Assembly: GCF_016463645.1 (NCBI RefSeq)
Contig: NZ_JAEMQX010000010.1
Location: 1,165-65,164 of the forward strand
Reading direction: 5' to 3'
Length of the DNA: 64,000 bases
Source of the DNA: Sphingopyxis sp.
Lineage (GTDB): Bacteria > Pseudomonadota > Alphaproteobacteria > Sphingomonadales > Sphingomonadaceae
This document shows, piece by piece, positions 9,704 to 18,719 of this stretch (positions are counted from its first letter, which is position 1; each line of letters opens with the position of its first letter). The notes below the pieces were generated by a model. The model did no database searches and had not been told where the DNA came from. It saw nothing but the letters and a program-made list of their open reading frames with translations. A program made the position numbers and the translations under genes.

Positions 9704-10072
9704 GTGAAGCGTTGGCTTTCCCTCTTGCTCCTTCTGGGAGCGATGCTGGGCCTTTTGGCCCAGGAAGCGGCGTTCGCATCGGCGCCTGCCATGCCCATGC
9801 CGGCGGACACCACCATTGCCGCATCGGCGATGAGCGATGAATGCGCGGAAATGATGGGGATCGACACGTCCCAAGATAAGGCGCCCTGCAAGGGCCTGAC
9901 ACTCGACTGCATCGCCAAGATGGGCTGCGCATTGCCGCCAACGGTCGTGACTCCTGCCACCTTGTTGGCGACGTCCGACCATAGCGCCGAGCCGACCGAC
10001 CAATTGCCGATCGCGCGTCTGCGCGGCCGCACCTTCGGACCCGAGCCCGACCCGCCCCTATTGCCCGGCTGA
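9704..10072 (+). CDS. Small secreted Cys/Met-rich leader protein ending GPEPDPP (DUF2946/CutF-like)
   Basis: Hydrophobic N-terminus; ECAEMM; CKGLTLDCIAKMGC; Pro-rich C-terminus; first gene of the cus cluster. GTG start is uncertain (track start 9680). Confidence 0.7.
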   Translation: MKRWLSLLLLLGAMLGLLAQEAAFASAPAMPMPADTTIAASAMSDECAEMMGIDTSQDKAPCKGLTLDCIAKMGCALPPTVVTPATLLATSDHSAEPTDQLPIARLRGRTFGPEPDPPLLPG

Positions 10073-10138
10073 AACGCGCGATGCGCGGTGACCGTCGTCG
10101 CCGCGCATCCTTCTGCTTTTCAACCGAGGATATTCGAC

Positions 10139-10402
10139 ATGAAGACGATCATTGCGATGGCCGCAGCGCTTGCGGCTTTCACCACCGTGCCCTCCTTCGC
10201 CCAGGAGGCGGGCGGCCATTATGAATGGCAATCGCGGCAGGTCCCGGGCCCGAACAAGTCGGGCGCCACCACGAGGGTTCGCGTGTGGGTCGCGGACAAG
10301 CCCGAGCAGATGGCGAACTGCGACTGCGCCATGATGAAGACCGACGCGGCCGGCTGCATGCAAGCCATGCCCGGGCAGCGCATGTCGCCCTCCAAGGGCT
10401 GA
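10139..10402 (+). CDS. Small secreted hypothetical protein with CDCAMM...CM motif
   Basis: GAGG RBS; signal peptide MKTIIAMAAALAAFTTVPSFA; Cys/Met-rich C-terminal half. Confidence 0.7.
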   Translation: MKTIIAMAAALAAFTTVPSFAQEAGGHYEWQSRQVPGPNKSGATTRVRVWVADKPEQMANCDCAMMKTDAAGCMQAMPGQRMSPSKG

Positions 10403-10466
10403 CGGCTTCCGTCCCCCGGCCGCCCGGCCGGGGGACATTCCCGCCTGTCTCGAAAGAGGGGGACAT

Positions 10467-11696
10467 ATGCGCATATATCTTGCGGCAATTTTGCTGATCC
10501 CGATGCCCGCGGCGCTGCGTGCCGAGCCGATGACGCTCGATGCGGCGCTCGTCCGCGCGGCATCGGAGGCGCCCGAATTGCAGGGCCGCGAAGCCGGCAT
10601 CGATGCCGCCCAATCGGCGGCGATCGCCGCCGATCGGCTGCCCGACCCGAAACTCAATATCGTCCTGCAGGATTTCCCGGTGACGGGTCCCGATGCAGGC
10701 CGGTTCAATCGTGACAACTTCACGATGCAGGTCGTCGGTATCAGCCAGGATTTTCCGAACCCCGCCAAGCGGCGCGCGCGTGCAACGCGCGCGCAGGCCG
10801 ACATCGGCATCGCCCGCGCCGACGAAGCGGTCACCGCGCAGGACATCCGGCTCTCGACCGCTCTCGCCTGGGTCGATCTCTATTATGCCAAGAAGCGGCT
10901 GAAGGAACTCGACCTGCTCGATGACGGCCTCGAGGATCTTCAATCGACGGTGACGGCACGGCTCGCGAGCGGCGCCGCGCGCCCGGCGCAGGCGCTCGAA
11001 CCCGACCAGCTTCGCGCCGCGATCAACGATCGCCGCAGCGCGCTCGCGGCCGAGATTGCCCGCGCCCGCGCGCAGCTCGCGCGCTTTACCGGCGACGCGG
11101 CCGCCGACACGCTGGGCGATTTGCCGCCGCAGGCGATCGACGAGCAAGGATTGCGCGCCGGGATTGATGCCTTGCCAAGGCTGCGGGCGCTCGACGCCCG
11201 CGCCATCGCCGCCGACGCCGAAACCGGCCTCGCGCGCGCCGACAAGCGCCCCGACTGGAGCGTCAACGCGGCCTATGGGCGGCGCGAGCCCAATTATGGC
11301 GACCTCGTCACGGTCGGGGTTACCGTCGACCTACCCTTCTTCTCGAAAAAGCGGCAGGACCCGAAGATCGCCGCACGCGCCAGCGAAGCGACGCGCGCCC
11401 GGCTCGACCGCGAGGCCGCGAAGCGCGACATCGCCGCGGCGCTCGACGCTGATCTCGCCGACCATCGCATGCATCATGAGCAGCTTGGCAATGCACGGTC
11501 ACGGCTGGTGCCGCTCGCCAAGAAGCGCGCCGAACTCGATCTTGCAAGTTACGCCGCCGGAAAGCTCGACCTCGGGACTGCGCTCCTGTCGACTCTCGCG
11601 CTCGCAGAGGCCGAAGTCGATGCGCTCGCACGCGAAGCCGAGGTCGCGCGCGACGCGATCCGGATCAACTATATTTATGGGGAGGCAGGTCGATGA
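10467..11696 (+). CDS. cusC: TolC-family outer membrane factor (CusC/SilC-like)
   Basis: OEP repeats (RLPDPKL, KRPDWSV, VDLPFF); first gene of the RND triad. Confidence 0.85.
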   Translation: MRIYLAAILLIPMPAALRAEPMTLDAALVRAASEAPELQGREAGIDAAQSAAIAADRLPDPKLNIVLQDFPVTGPDAGRFNRDNFTMQVVGISQDFPNPAKRRARATRAQADIGIARADEAVTAQDIRLSTALAWVDLYYAKKRLKELDLLDDGLEDLQSTVTARLASGAARPAQALEPDQLRAAINDRRSALAAEIARARAQLARFTGDAAADTLGDLPPQAIDEQGLRAGIDALPRLRALDARAIAADAETGLARADKRPDWSVNAAYGRREPNYGDLVTVGVTVDLPFFSKKRQDPKIAARASEATRARLDREAAKRDIAAALDADLADHRMHHEQLGNARSRLVPLAKKRAELDLASYAAGKLDLGTALLSTLALAEAEVDALAREAEVARDAIRINYIYGEAGR

Positions 11697-12919
11697 CCGA
11701 TGCAACATCAGCGGCGCGTTGGCGCGCCGGAATCCTGACCGCGGTACTGATCGCGGGCGGCGGCGGCTATTGGCTCGGACAGAGCGGTCAGAGCGACGCA
11801 CCAACCGAGGCCGGAAGCGGCGGGCGGAAGATCCTCTATTATTATGACCCGATGTTCCCGAACCAGAAGTTCGACAAGCCCGGCAAGTCGCCCTTCATGG
11901 ACATGCAGCTCGAGCCCAAATATGCCGACGAGGGCAGCGGTGCGGCGCCAGGCGTGTCGGTCGACCCGGCGGCGCGGCAAAGCCTTGGCATAAGGGTGGT
12001 CGCCGCAGAAATGGGCAGCCTTGCCGCGACCTTCGACGTCAACGGCAGCATCGATTTCAACCAGCGCGACGTCGCGATCGTCCAGGCGCGCTCGGGCGGT
12101 TTCGTCGAGCGCGTCTATCGCCTCGCGCCCGGCGATGTGATTGGCGTCGGCACACCGATCGCCGACCTGCAATTGCCCGAATGGGGCAGCGCGCAGACCG
12201 AATATCTGAGCGTCAAAAAGCTCGGAAAACCCGACCTCACCGCGGCGGCGCGGCAGCGGCTGCGGTTGATGGGCATGCCCGAAGGCGTGATCGCCGAGGT
12301 CGACCGGACCGGGCGCACCGGCGGCAAGCTGACGGTGCGCGCGCCAATCGGCGGGGTCGTCCAGACACTCAATGCGCGCGCAGGCGTGACACTCGCCACA
12401 GGCCAGACGCTCACCGAAATCTCCGGGCTCGAAACGGTGTGGCTCAACGCCGCTCTTCCCGAAGCGCAGGCCGACTTGGTGAAGATCGGCCAGCGGGCGA
12501 GCGCGACCCTCACCGCTTTCCCCGGCGAAATCTTCACCGGCCGGGTCATTGCCATCCTGCCGACCGCATCGGCGGACAGCCGGACGCTGACAGTGCGCGT
12601 TGAGCTCGCCAATCGCGGCGGGCGCCTGCGCCCCGGCATGTTCGCGGTGGTGGCGCTCGGCGGCGACACGAAACCGGCGCTGCTGGTTCCGAGCGAAGCG
12701 GTGATCCGCACCGGTACGCGCAGTATCGTGATGCTCGAGAAGGGCGACGGACGCTACCATCCTGCCGAAGTGGTTGCCGGACGCGAAGGCGGTGGCAAGA
12801 CCGAGATATTGCAGGGGCTCGCCCCCGGCGAGAAGGTCGTCGCGTCGGGCCAGTTCCTGCTCGATTCCGAAGCAAGCCTGACCGGCCTCACCGTCCGCCC
12901 GCTGGAGGCGGCGCAATGA
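11693..12919 (+). CDS. cusB: RND periplasmic adaptor CusB
   Basis: YYYDPMFP...[14 protein letters not shown] heavy-metal-binding domain; LRPGMF; [17 protein letters not shown]. Confidence 0.9.
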   Translation: MTDATSAARWRAGILTAVLIAGGGGYWLGQSGQSDAPTEAGSGGRKILYYYDPMFPNQKFDKPGKSPFMDMQLEPKYADEGSGAAPGVSVDPAARQSLGIRVVAAEMGSLAATFDVNGSIDFNQRDVAIVQARSGGFVERVYRLAPGDVIGVGTPIADLQLPEWGSAQTEYLSVKKLGKPDLTAAARQRLRLMGMPEGVIAEVDRTGRTGGKLTVRAPIGGVVQTLNARAGVTLATGQTLTEISGLETVWLNAALPEAQADLVKIGQRASATLTAFPGEIFTGRVIAILPTASADSRTLTVRVELANRGGRLRPGMFAVVALGGDTKPALLVPSEAVIRTGTRSIVMLEKGDGRYHPAEVVAGREGGGKTEILQGLAPGEKVVASGQFLLDSEASLTGLTVRPLEAAQ

Positions 12920-15900
12920 TCGCGAAGATCATTCATGCCTCGGTCGCGGCACGCGGGCTCGTCGTTGCGGCGGCGCTGATCCTGACATTGCTCGGGATCG
13001 TCGCGGTGCGCACGACGCCGGTCGATGCCCTACCTGACCTGTCGGATGTCCAGGTCATCATCCGCACCACCTATGCGGGCCAGGCGCCGCGGATCGTCGA
13101 GGACCAGGTCACCTATCCGATCACGACAACGATGCTCTCGGTGCCGGGCGCGCGCGTGGTGCGCGGCTATAGCTTCGTCGGCGACAGCTTCGTCTATGTC
13201 CTGTTCGACGACGGCACCGATCCCTATTGGGCGCGCAGCCGCGTGCTCGAATATCTAAGCCAGGTGCAAAGCCGGCTTCCCGAGAGCGCACGCGCAAGCC
13301 TCGGCCCCGACGCGACCGGGGTCGGCTGGATCTATGAATATGCGCTCGTCGACAAGAGCGGCCGCCACGATCTCGCCGAGCTGCGCAGCCTTCAGGACTG
13401 GTTCCTCCGCTTCGAGCTCAAGTCGGTTCCCGGCGTCGCCGAGGTCGCGAGTATCGGCGGCATGGTGCGCCAATATCAGATCATCGTAGATCCACAGAAG
13501 CTCGCCGCCTTCGGCGTGACCGCATCCGAAGTGGCAGACGCCCTCAAGCGCGCCAACCAGGAAAGCGGCGGCGGCTCCCTCGAGCTCGCAGAGGCCGAAT
13601 ATATCGTCCGCGCGAGCGGCTATCTGAAATCGCTCGACGACTTCCGCGCGGTGCCCGTTCGCACCGCCGCCGGCGGCGTCTCGGTAACGGTCGGCGATGT
13701 CGCGACGGTCCAGATCGGCCCCGACACAAGGCGCGGCATCGCCGAACTCAACGGCAAGGGCGAAGTCGCGGGCGGCGTGATCGTGATGCGCGAAGGCAAG
13801 AATGCCCGCGAGGTCATCGACGGCGTCCGCACCAAGCTCGCCGAGCTCAAACGCAGCCTGCCGCCCGGCGTCGAGATCGTCACCACCTATGACCGTTCGG
13901 GGCTGATCGACCGCGCGGTCGACAATCTTACCTCGAAGCTCGTCGAAGAGTTCATCATCGTCGGGCTCGTCTGCGCGCTCTTCCTCTGGCACGCGCGCTC
14001 GGCACTGGTCGCGATCCTGACGCTGCCGCTCGGCATCCTCATCGCCTTCATCGTGATGCGGCTGCAGGGACTCAACGCCAATATATTGTCGCTCGGCGGC
14101 ATCGCCATCGCGGTCGGTGCGATGGTCGACGCTGCGGTGGTGATGATCGAAAATGCCCATAAGCATCTCGAACATTGGGAGCGCGATCATCCGGGCGAGG
14201 AACTGAAAGGCGCCGAACGCTGGCGCGTCATCACCGACGCCGCCGCCGAGGTTGGGCCCGCCCTCTTCCTCAGCCTCCTCATCATCACCTTCTCCTTCCT
14301 CCCCATCTTCACGCTCGAAGGCCAGGAGGGACGGCTCTTCTCGCCGCTCGCCTTCACCAAAACCTATGCGATGGCGGCCGCCGCGATCCTCTCGATCACG
14401 CTCATCCCGGTGCTGATGGGCTGGCTGATCCGCGGTAAGATACCCGCCGAACAGAGTAATCCGGTCAACCGCTGGCTGACCCGCATCTATCGCCCGGCAC
14501 TCGACTGGGTGCTCGAACGGCCGAAAAAAGCGCTCGTGATCGCCGGCCTCGTCTTCGCCACCAGCCTGTGGCCGATGACCCAGATCGGCGGCGAGTTCAT
14601 GCCGCAGATGCACGAAGGCGACCTCCTTTACATGCCCTCGGCGCTACCCGGCATCTCGGCCGCAAGGGCATCGAGCCTGCTCCAGCAGACGGACCGACTG
14701 ATCAAGACCGTGCCCGAGGTCGAGAGCGTGTTCGGCAAGGCGGGGCGGGCCGACAGCGCGACCGACCCCGCGCCGCTCGAGATGTTCGAGACGACGATCC
14801 GCTTCAAGCCGAAGGACCGTTGGCGCCCCGGCATGACCGAGGAGAAATTGATCGAGGAGCTCGACGCGCGGGTCCGGGTTCCGGGGCTCGCCAATTTCTG
14901 GATTCCCCCGATCCGCAATCGCATCGACATGCTTGCGACCGGGATCAAGAGCCCGGTCGGCATCAAGGTCGCGGGCTCGGATCTTGCCGGGATCGATCGC
15001 ACCGCCAAGCGCATCGAAGCGGTCGTCAAGACCGTACCCGGCGTAGCGTCGGCGCTGGCCGAGCGGCTGACTGGTGGGCGCTATATCGATGTCGACATCG
15101 ATCGCGCCGCCGCAGCACGCTACGGCCTCAATGTCGCCGACGTGCAAGCGATCGTCTCGGGCGCGATCGGCGGCGAGACGATCGGCCAGACGGTCGAGGG
15201 GCTCGCCCGCTATCCGATCAGCGTCCGCTACCCGCGCGAGCTGCGCGACAGTATCGGCGAGCTCGCGAGCCTTCCGGTCCTGACGCCGTCGCGCCAGCAG
15301 ATCACGCTCGGCACGGTGGCCAGAGTCAAGGTCAGCGACGGGCCGCCAATGCTGCGCAGCGAGAATGGCCGCCCGGTGACCTGGATCTACGTCGACAGCC
15401 GCGGCCGCGATTTGCAGGGCCTCGTGCAGGACATCCAGCGGGCGATCGCGCGCGATGTCGATCTGCCGCCCGGCGTCAGCGTTTCCTACACCGGGCAGTT
15501 CGAGTTCCTCGTTCGTGCGACCGAGCGGATGAAGGTCGTCGTGCCGGTCACGCTCGCGATCATCTTCCTGCTGCTCTACCTGACCTTCCGCCGCTGGGAC
15601 GAGGCGCTGCTCATCATGGCGACCCTGCCCTTTGCGCTCACCGGCGGGCTCTGGCTCCTCTATCTGCTTGGCTATAACCAGTCGGTCGCGAGCGCGGTCG
15701 GGTTCATCGCGCTTGCGGGCGTTGCCGCCGAGTTCGGGGTCGTCATGCTCATCTATCTCAAGCATGCGCTCGCCGATCGCAGCGACGGCCACATATTGGC
15801 CGCGGTTCGCGAAGGCGCGCTGCTCCGCGTCCGCCCGAAGGCGATGACCGTTGCGGTTATCCTCGCGGGCCTGTTCCCGATCCTCGTCGGGACCGGCACC

Positions 15901-16050
15901 GGCTCCGAAGTGATGAGCCGCATCGCCGCGCCGATGATCGGCGGCATGCTCACCGCGCCGCTGCTGTCGATGCTTATCATTCCCGCCGCCTATCTGCTGA
16001 TGCGAAGGCGTGCGGCTCATCCCGTCCAACCCGAAGGAGAAACGACATGA
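12916..16050 (+). CDS. cusA: CusA/SilA Cu/Ag RND permease
   Basis: [11 protein letters not shown]; [13 protein letters not shown]; [18 protein letters not shown]; [14 protein letters not shown]; MLATGIK. Confidence 0.95.
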   Translation: MIAKIIHASVAARGLVVAAALILTLLGIVAVRTTPVDALPDLSDVQVIIRTTYAGQAPRIVEDQVTYPITTTMLSVPGARVVRGYSFVGDSFVYVLFDDGTDPYWARSRVLEYLSQVQSRLPESARASLGPDATGVGWIYEYALVDKSGRHDLAELRSLQDWFLRFELKSVPGVAEVASIGGMVRQYQIIVDPQKLAAFGVTASEVADALKRANQESGGGSLELAEAEYIVRASGYLKSLDDFRAVPVRTAAGGVSVTVGDVATVQIGPDTRRGIAELNGKGEVAGGVIVMREGKNAREVIDGVRTKLAELKRSLPPGVEIVTTYDRSGLIDRAVDNLTSKLVEEFIIVGLVCALFLWHARSALVAILTLPLGILIAFIVMRLQGLNANILSLGGIAIAVGAMVDAAVVMIENAHKHLEHWERDHPGEELKGAERWRVITDAAAEVGPALFLSLLIITFSFLPIFTLEGQEGRLFSPLAFTKTYAMAAAAILSITLIPVLMGWLIRGKIPAEQSNPVNRWLTRIYRPALDWVLERPKKALVIAGLVFATSLWPMTQIGGEFMPQMHEGDLLYMPSALPGISAARASSLLQQTDRLIKTVPEVESVFGKAGRADSATDPAPLEMFETTIRFKPKDRWRPGMTEEKLIEELDARVRVPGLANFWIPPIRNRIDMLATGIKSPVGIKVAGSDLAGIDRTAKRIEAVVKTVPGVASALAERLTGGRYIDVDIDRAAAARYGLNVADVQAIVSGAIGGETIGQTVEGLARYPISVRYPRELRDSIGELASLPVLTPSRQQITLGTVARVKVSDGPPMLRSENGRPVTWIYVDSRGRDLQGLVQDIQRAIARDVDLPPGVSVSYTGQFEFLVRATERMKVVVPVTLAIIFLLLYLTFRRWDEALLIMATLPFALTGGLWLLYLLGYNQSVASAVGFIALAGVAAEFGVVMLIYLKHALADRSDGHILAAVREGALLRVRPKAMTVAVILAGLFPILVGTGTGSEVMSRIAAPMIGGMLTAPLLSMLIIPAAYLLMRRRAAHPVQPEGETT

Positions 16051-16415
16051 ATAAACTCACTGCGATTACGCTCAGCCTTGCGCTCGGCGCTGGACTTGTC
16101 GCCTGCGGCAAGCAAGGCGAAGCACCGAAGACGGAAGAAAAGGCCGCGATGGCCGATGACACAGGGACCATGGCGGCCCCGGCCGAAACGAAGCATGGCA
16201 AGGGCACGGCGACCGTGACCGCGATCGATACGGCAAAAGGCCAGGTCACGCTCGATCATGGCGCGATCGCCGAACTCGAATGGCCGCCGATGACGATGGG
16301 TTTTGCGGCGAAACCCGAGCTGCTGAAGGACATCAAGGTCGGCGACAAGGTCGCGTTCGAGCTCAATTGGGACGGCAAGGCCGGGACGATCACCAAGCTC
16401 GACAAGGCGCCGTAA
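16047..16415 (+). CDS. cusF: Periplasmic copper chaperone CusF-like lipoprotein
   Basis: Lipobox-like LVAC; [18 protein letters not shown] (CusF H-W-M-M site). Confidence 0.9.
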   Translation: MNKLTAITLSLALGAGLVACGKQGEAPKTEEKAAMADDTGTMAAPAETKHGKGTATVTAIDTAKGQVTLDHGAIAELEWPPMTMGFAAKPELLKDIKVGDKVAFELNWDGKAGTITKLDKAP

Positions 16416-16421
16416 CGCGCC

Positions 16422-16466
16422 GCCATTGCGCGCGGTGGCCCTAGTTGCCGCGCGCAATGGCTGCTT
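16422..16466 (+). terminator. Probable intrinsic terminator after cusF
   Basis: Perfect 14-bp inverted repeat GCCATTGCGCGCGG / CCGCGCGCAATGGC followed by TGCTTT, between convergent genes. Confidence 0.65.
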
Positions 16467-16499
16467 TGGGGCGCTGGCGGAAGACGGCTGTACTCGAAC

Positions 16500-16901
16500 C
16501 TAGTCGGACAGCGCCTCCAGAAGCGGGCAGCCCCCGGCATCGCCGGCGCCGCACGCCTCGACAAGATCGCCCAAGACAGCGGCCATCCGGTCGAGGTCGG
16601 CGCGCTTGGCGAGGACGTCGGCAAGCTGGCTCTCGGCCATATGGCGCGCCTGATCGCAGCTATGGCCGCCGCCTTCGGCAAGAAGGAGCAAAGTCCGGAC
16701 CGTATCGAGGGGAAACCCCAGTTCGCGCGCGCGGCGCACAAATGCAAGGCGCCGCACACCAGCTGAATCATAACGGCGAAATCGCCCGTACCGGACCGGC
16801 GCGGGCAGAATGCCGATGCGCTCATAATAGCGGATCGTCTCGATATTGCAGCCGGTAAGCCGAGAAAGCTCGCCGATGGGGATGGTGCTTGAGGGGGCCA
16901 T
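16500..16901 (-). CDS. MerR-family metalloregulator (three conserved Cys)
   Basis: IGELSRLTGCNIETIRYYERIG HTH; HSC, EAC and GCP Cys triad; start taken at MAPSS. Confidence 0.9.
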   Translation of the reverse strand: MAPSSTIPIGELSRLTGCNIETIRYYERIGILPAPVRYGRFRRYDSAGVRRLAFVRRARELGFPLDTVRTLLLLAEGGGHSCDQARHMAESQLADVLAKRADLDRMAAVLGDLVEACGAGDAGGCPLLEALSD

Positions 16902-16912
16902 TGCGATTCCGC

Positions 16913-16943
16913 TTGCATCTGTAGTCACTACAGATGGTAGACT
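16913..16943 (+). promoter_or_regulatory. MerR-type promoter/operator for merT-like and GDCCVxC genes
   Basis: TTGCAT-19 nt-TAGACT with a perfect dyad CATCTGTAGT-C-ACTACAGATG (16916-16936). Confidence 0.85.
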
Positions 16944-16967
16944 TGCCGCTACCGCGAAACAAGGAGT

Positions 16968-17333
16968 TTGAATTTGGCTGGAGATGCAAGGCGTCCAAAA
17001 GGATTTGGGGCCATTTCGCTGGCGCTTGGCGGGATCGCATCGGGCTTTCTCGCAGCCACCTGCTGCGCCCTCCCCATGCTGCTGGCCTCGGCGGGGCTCG
17101 GGTCCGCCTGGCTCGTCGGCATAGCGGTCCCGGCCGCGCCCTACCGGCTCTGGTTCGTCGCATTCGGCGCAATTTCGCTCGTCGCCGGTGGCGTCCTGCT
17201 GGCGCGCCAGCAGATGCGCGCGGCGCGCTGCGGCGCCGATGGCCTGTGCGTGCCCGCGTCGCTGCGCTTTGTGACCCTGATCGGACTGCTCCTCGCCGCC
17301 GTCCTCCTCTGGCTCGGCTATCGCTATGCTTGA
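16968..17333 (+). CDS. merT: MerT-like mercury/metal transporter
   Basis: Three TMs; ATCCALP Cys pair; second Cys pair RCGADGLC; TTG start after AAGGAG (16968 or 16974). Confidence 0.75.
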   Translation: MNLAGDARRPKGFGAISLALGGIASGFLAATCCALPMLLASAGLGSAWLVGIAVPAAPYRLWFVAFGAISLVAGGVLLARQQMRAARCGADGLCVPASLRFVTLIGLLLAAVLLWLGYRYA

Positions 17334-17553
17334 TCCCTCGCCGGTCCTGCAATCGACGCTGACGTGTCCGCTCTGCGGTCAAATCGCCGACGAAATCATG
17401 CCCACCGATGCGTGTCAGTATTTCTACGACTGCAAGGGATGCGGCGCGCTGCTCAAGCCGCTGCCAGGAGACTGCTGTGTCTTCTGTTCCTATGGCACGG
17501 TACCCTGCCCGCCAATACAGGTTGACGGCGGCAAGGGCAGTTGCTGCGGCTGA
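17326..17553 (+). CDS. GDCCVxC-motif Cys-rich small protein
   Basis: 11 Cys in 75 aa: CPLC, CKGC, GDCCVFCSYG, PCPP, terminal CCG. Confidence 0.85.
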   Translation: MLDPSPVLQSTLTCPLCGQIADEIMPTDACQYFYDCKGCGALLKPLPGDCCVFCSYGTVPCPPIQVDGGKGSCCG

Positions 17554-17588
17554 GCCGCAAGCCGCCGACAGTCCCGATAGCGCGGCGG

Positions 17589-18002
17589 CTAGGCATTTCC
17601 GGCGGCGATGGCCTCGATGACCCGGCAATCCGACACCGGCCCGCCATCGCAGAGCTGGACGATACGGGCAAGTTCAGCACGGAGCCGCGCCATCCGTTCC
17701 AGCTTTTCATCGACATCGAGCAGGTGACGCGCCGCAACTGCGCGGATTTCGGCGCAGTCCTGCCCCGGCCCCAAGGCCAGCGCCGTCAACGACCGGATTT
17801 CATCGATCGAAAAGCCGAGGCCGCGGGCATTGCGGATGAATGCGAGGCGCCCGACATCCTCATCCCCGTAGGTGCGCCGGCCAGAGGCTGTGCGCGCTGC
17901 GCAAGGCAGCAATCCGATATCCTCATAGAAGCGGATCGTGTTTACCTTGGTGCCGGTGCGTTTCGCCAGGCCGCCGATCGGCAGCCGCGTGTCGCGCGCC
18001 AT
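17589..18002 (-). CDS. MerR-family metalloregulator (Zn/Cd/Pb-type)
   Basis: IGGLAKRTGTKVNTIRFYEDIG HTH; QDC, QLC and SDC Cys triad. Confidence 0.9.
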   Translation of the reverse strand: MARDTRLPIGGLAKRTGTKVNTIRFYEDIGLLPCAARTASGRRTYGDEDVGRLAFIRNARGLGFSIDEIRSLTALALGPGQDCAEIRAVAARHLLDVDEKLERMARLRAELARIVQLCDGGPVSDCRVIEAIAAGNA

Positions 18003-18035
18003 CTCCCTTCCTCTCAGTCTCGTTTCGATTTCAGC

Positions 18036-18066
18036 TTGCTTCTACAGTTACTGTAGAATGTAGAAC
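18036..18066 (+). promoter_or_regulatory. MerR-type promoter/operator for CDF and FTR1 genes
   Basis: TTGCTT-19 nt-TAGAAC with dyad TTCTACAGT-T-ACTGTAGAA (18040-18058). Confidence 0.85.
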
Positions 18067-18072
18067 AGGGGA

Positions 18073-18714
18073 ATGAGCAACGACAGCAATTGCGGCTGCA
18101 CGGGCGACACCGTCAGGGCCGAACGCGATCCCGCCTATCGAAGGGCCTTGTGGATCGTCGTAATTCTCAATCTCGGCTTCGGCGCGATCGAGATCGTCGG
18201 CGGGTTCATCGCCAACAGCCAGGCGCTGAAAGCCGACTCGCTCGACTTTATCGGCGACGGCACGATCACGTTGGCCGGCCTCGTCGCGATAGGCTGGACT
18301 GCGCTCGCCCGCACGCGTATCGCCTTGGCCCAAGGCCTGTTCCTGCTGTCGCTTGGCATAGGGGTCATCGGCGTCGCGCTGTGGCGTGCCCTGACCGCGG
18401 TTCCGCCCGAAGCCGAGCTGATGGGCGGCATCGGCGCCGCCGCCCTCCTCGTCAACCTCACCTCGGCCGCGGTCCTCTCGCGGTTCCGCGAAGGCGACGC
18501 CAATGTCCGGGCGGTGTGGCTGTTCAGCCGCAACGACGCGATCGCCAATGTGGCGGTGATCATCGCCGCCGGCCTCGTCGCATGGACCGGGCAAGCCTGG
18601 CCCGACCTTGCAGTCGCCGCCATCATTGCCACGCTTTTCCTGCATTCGGCCTATGAGATTCTACGCAGCGCGCGGACCGAATTGCGCGAACTGTCGACTG
18701 TGCCCGGACAATAG
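18073..18714 (+). CDS. Short cation diffusion facilitator (CDF) family transporter
   Basis: SQALKADSLDF; WLFSRNDAIANVAV; WPDLAVA; N-terminal CGC; no long C-terminal domain. Confidence 0.85.
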   Translation: MSNDSNCGCTGDTVRAERDPAYRRALWIVVILNLGFGAIEIVGGFIANSQALKADSLDFIGDGTITLAGLVAIGWTALARTRIALAQGLFLLSLGIGVIGVALWRALTAVPPEAELMGGIGAAALLVNLTSAAVLSRFREGDANVRAVWLFSRNDAIANVAVIIAAGLVAWTGQAWPDLAVAAIIATLFLHSAYEILRSARTELRELSTVPGQ

Positions 18715-18719
18715 GGCCA

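Noticed and set aside
17545-17580. Possible selenocysteine read-through at the terminal CCG-TGA of the GDCCVxC protein
   Set aside because: TGA follows a natural-looking C-terminus; no convincing SECIS hairpin and no sel genes in the window
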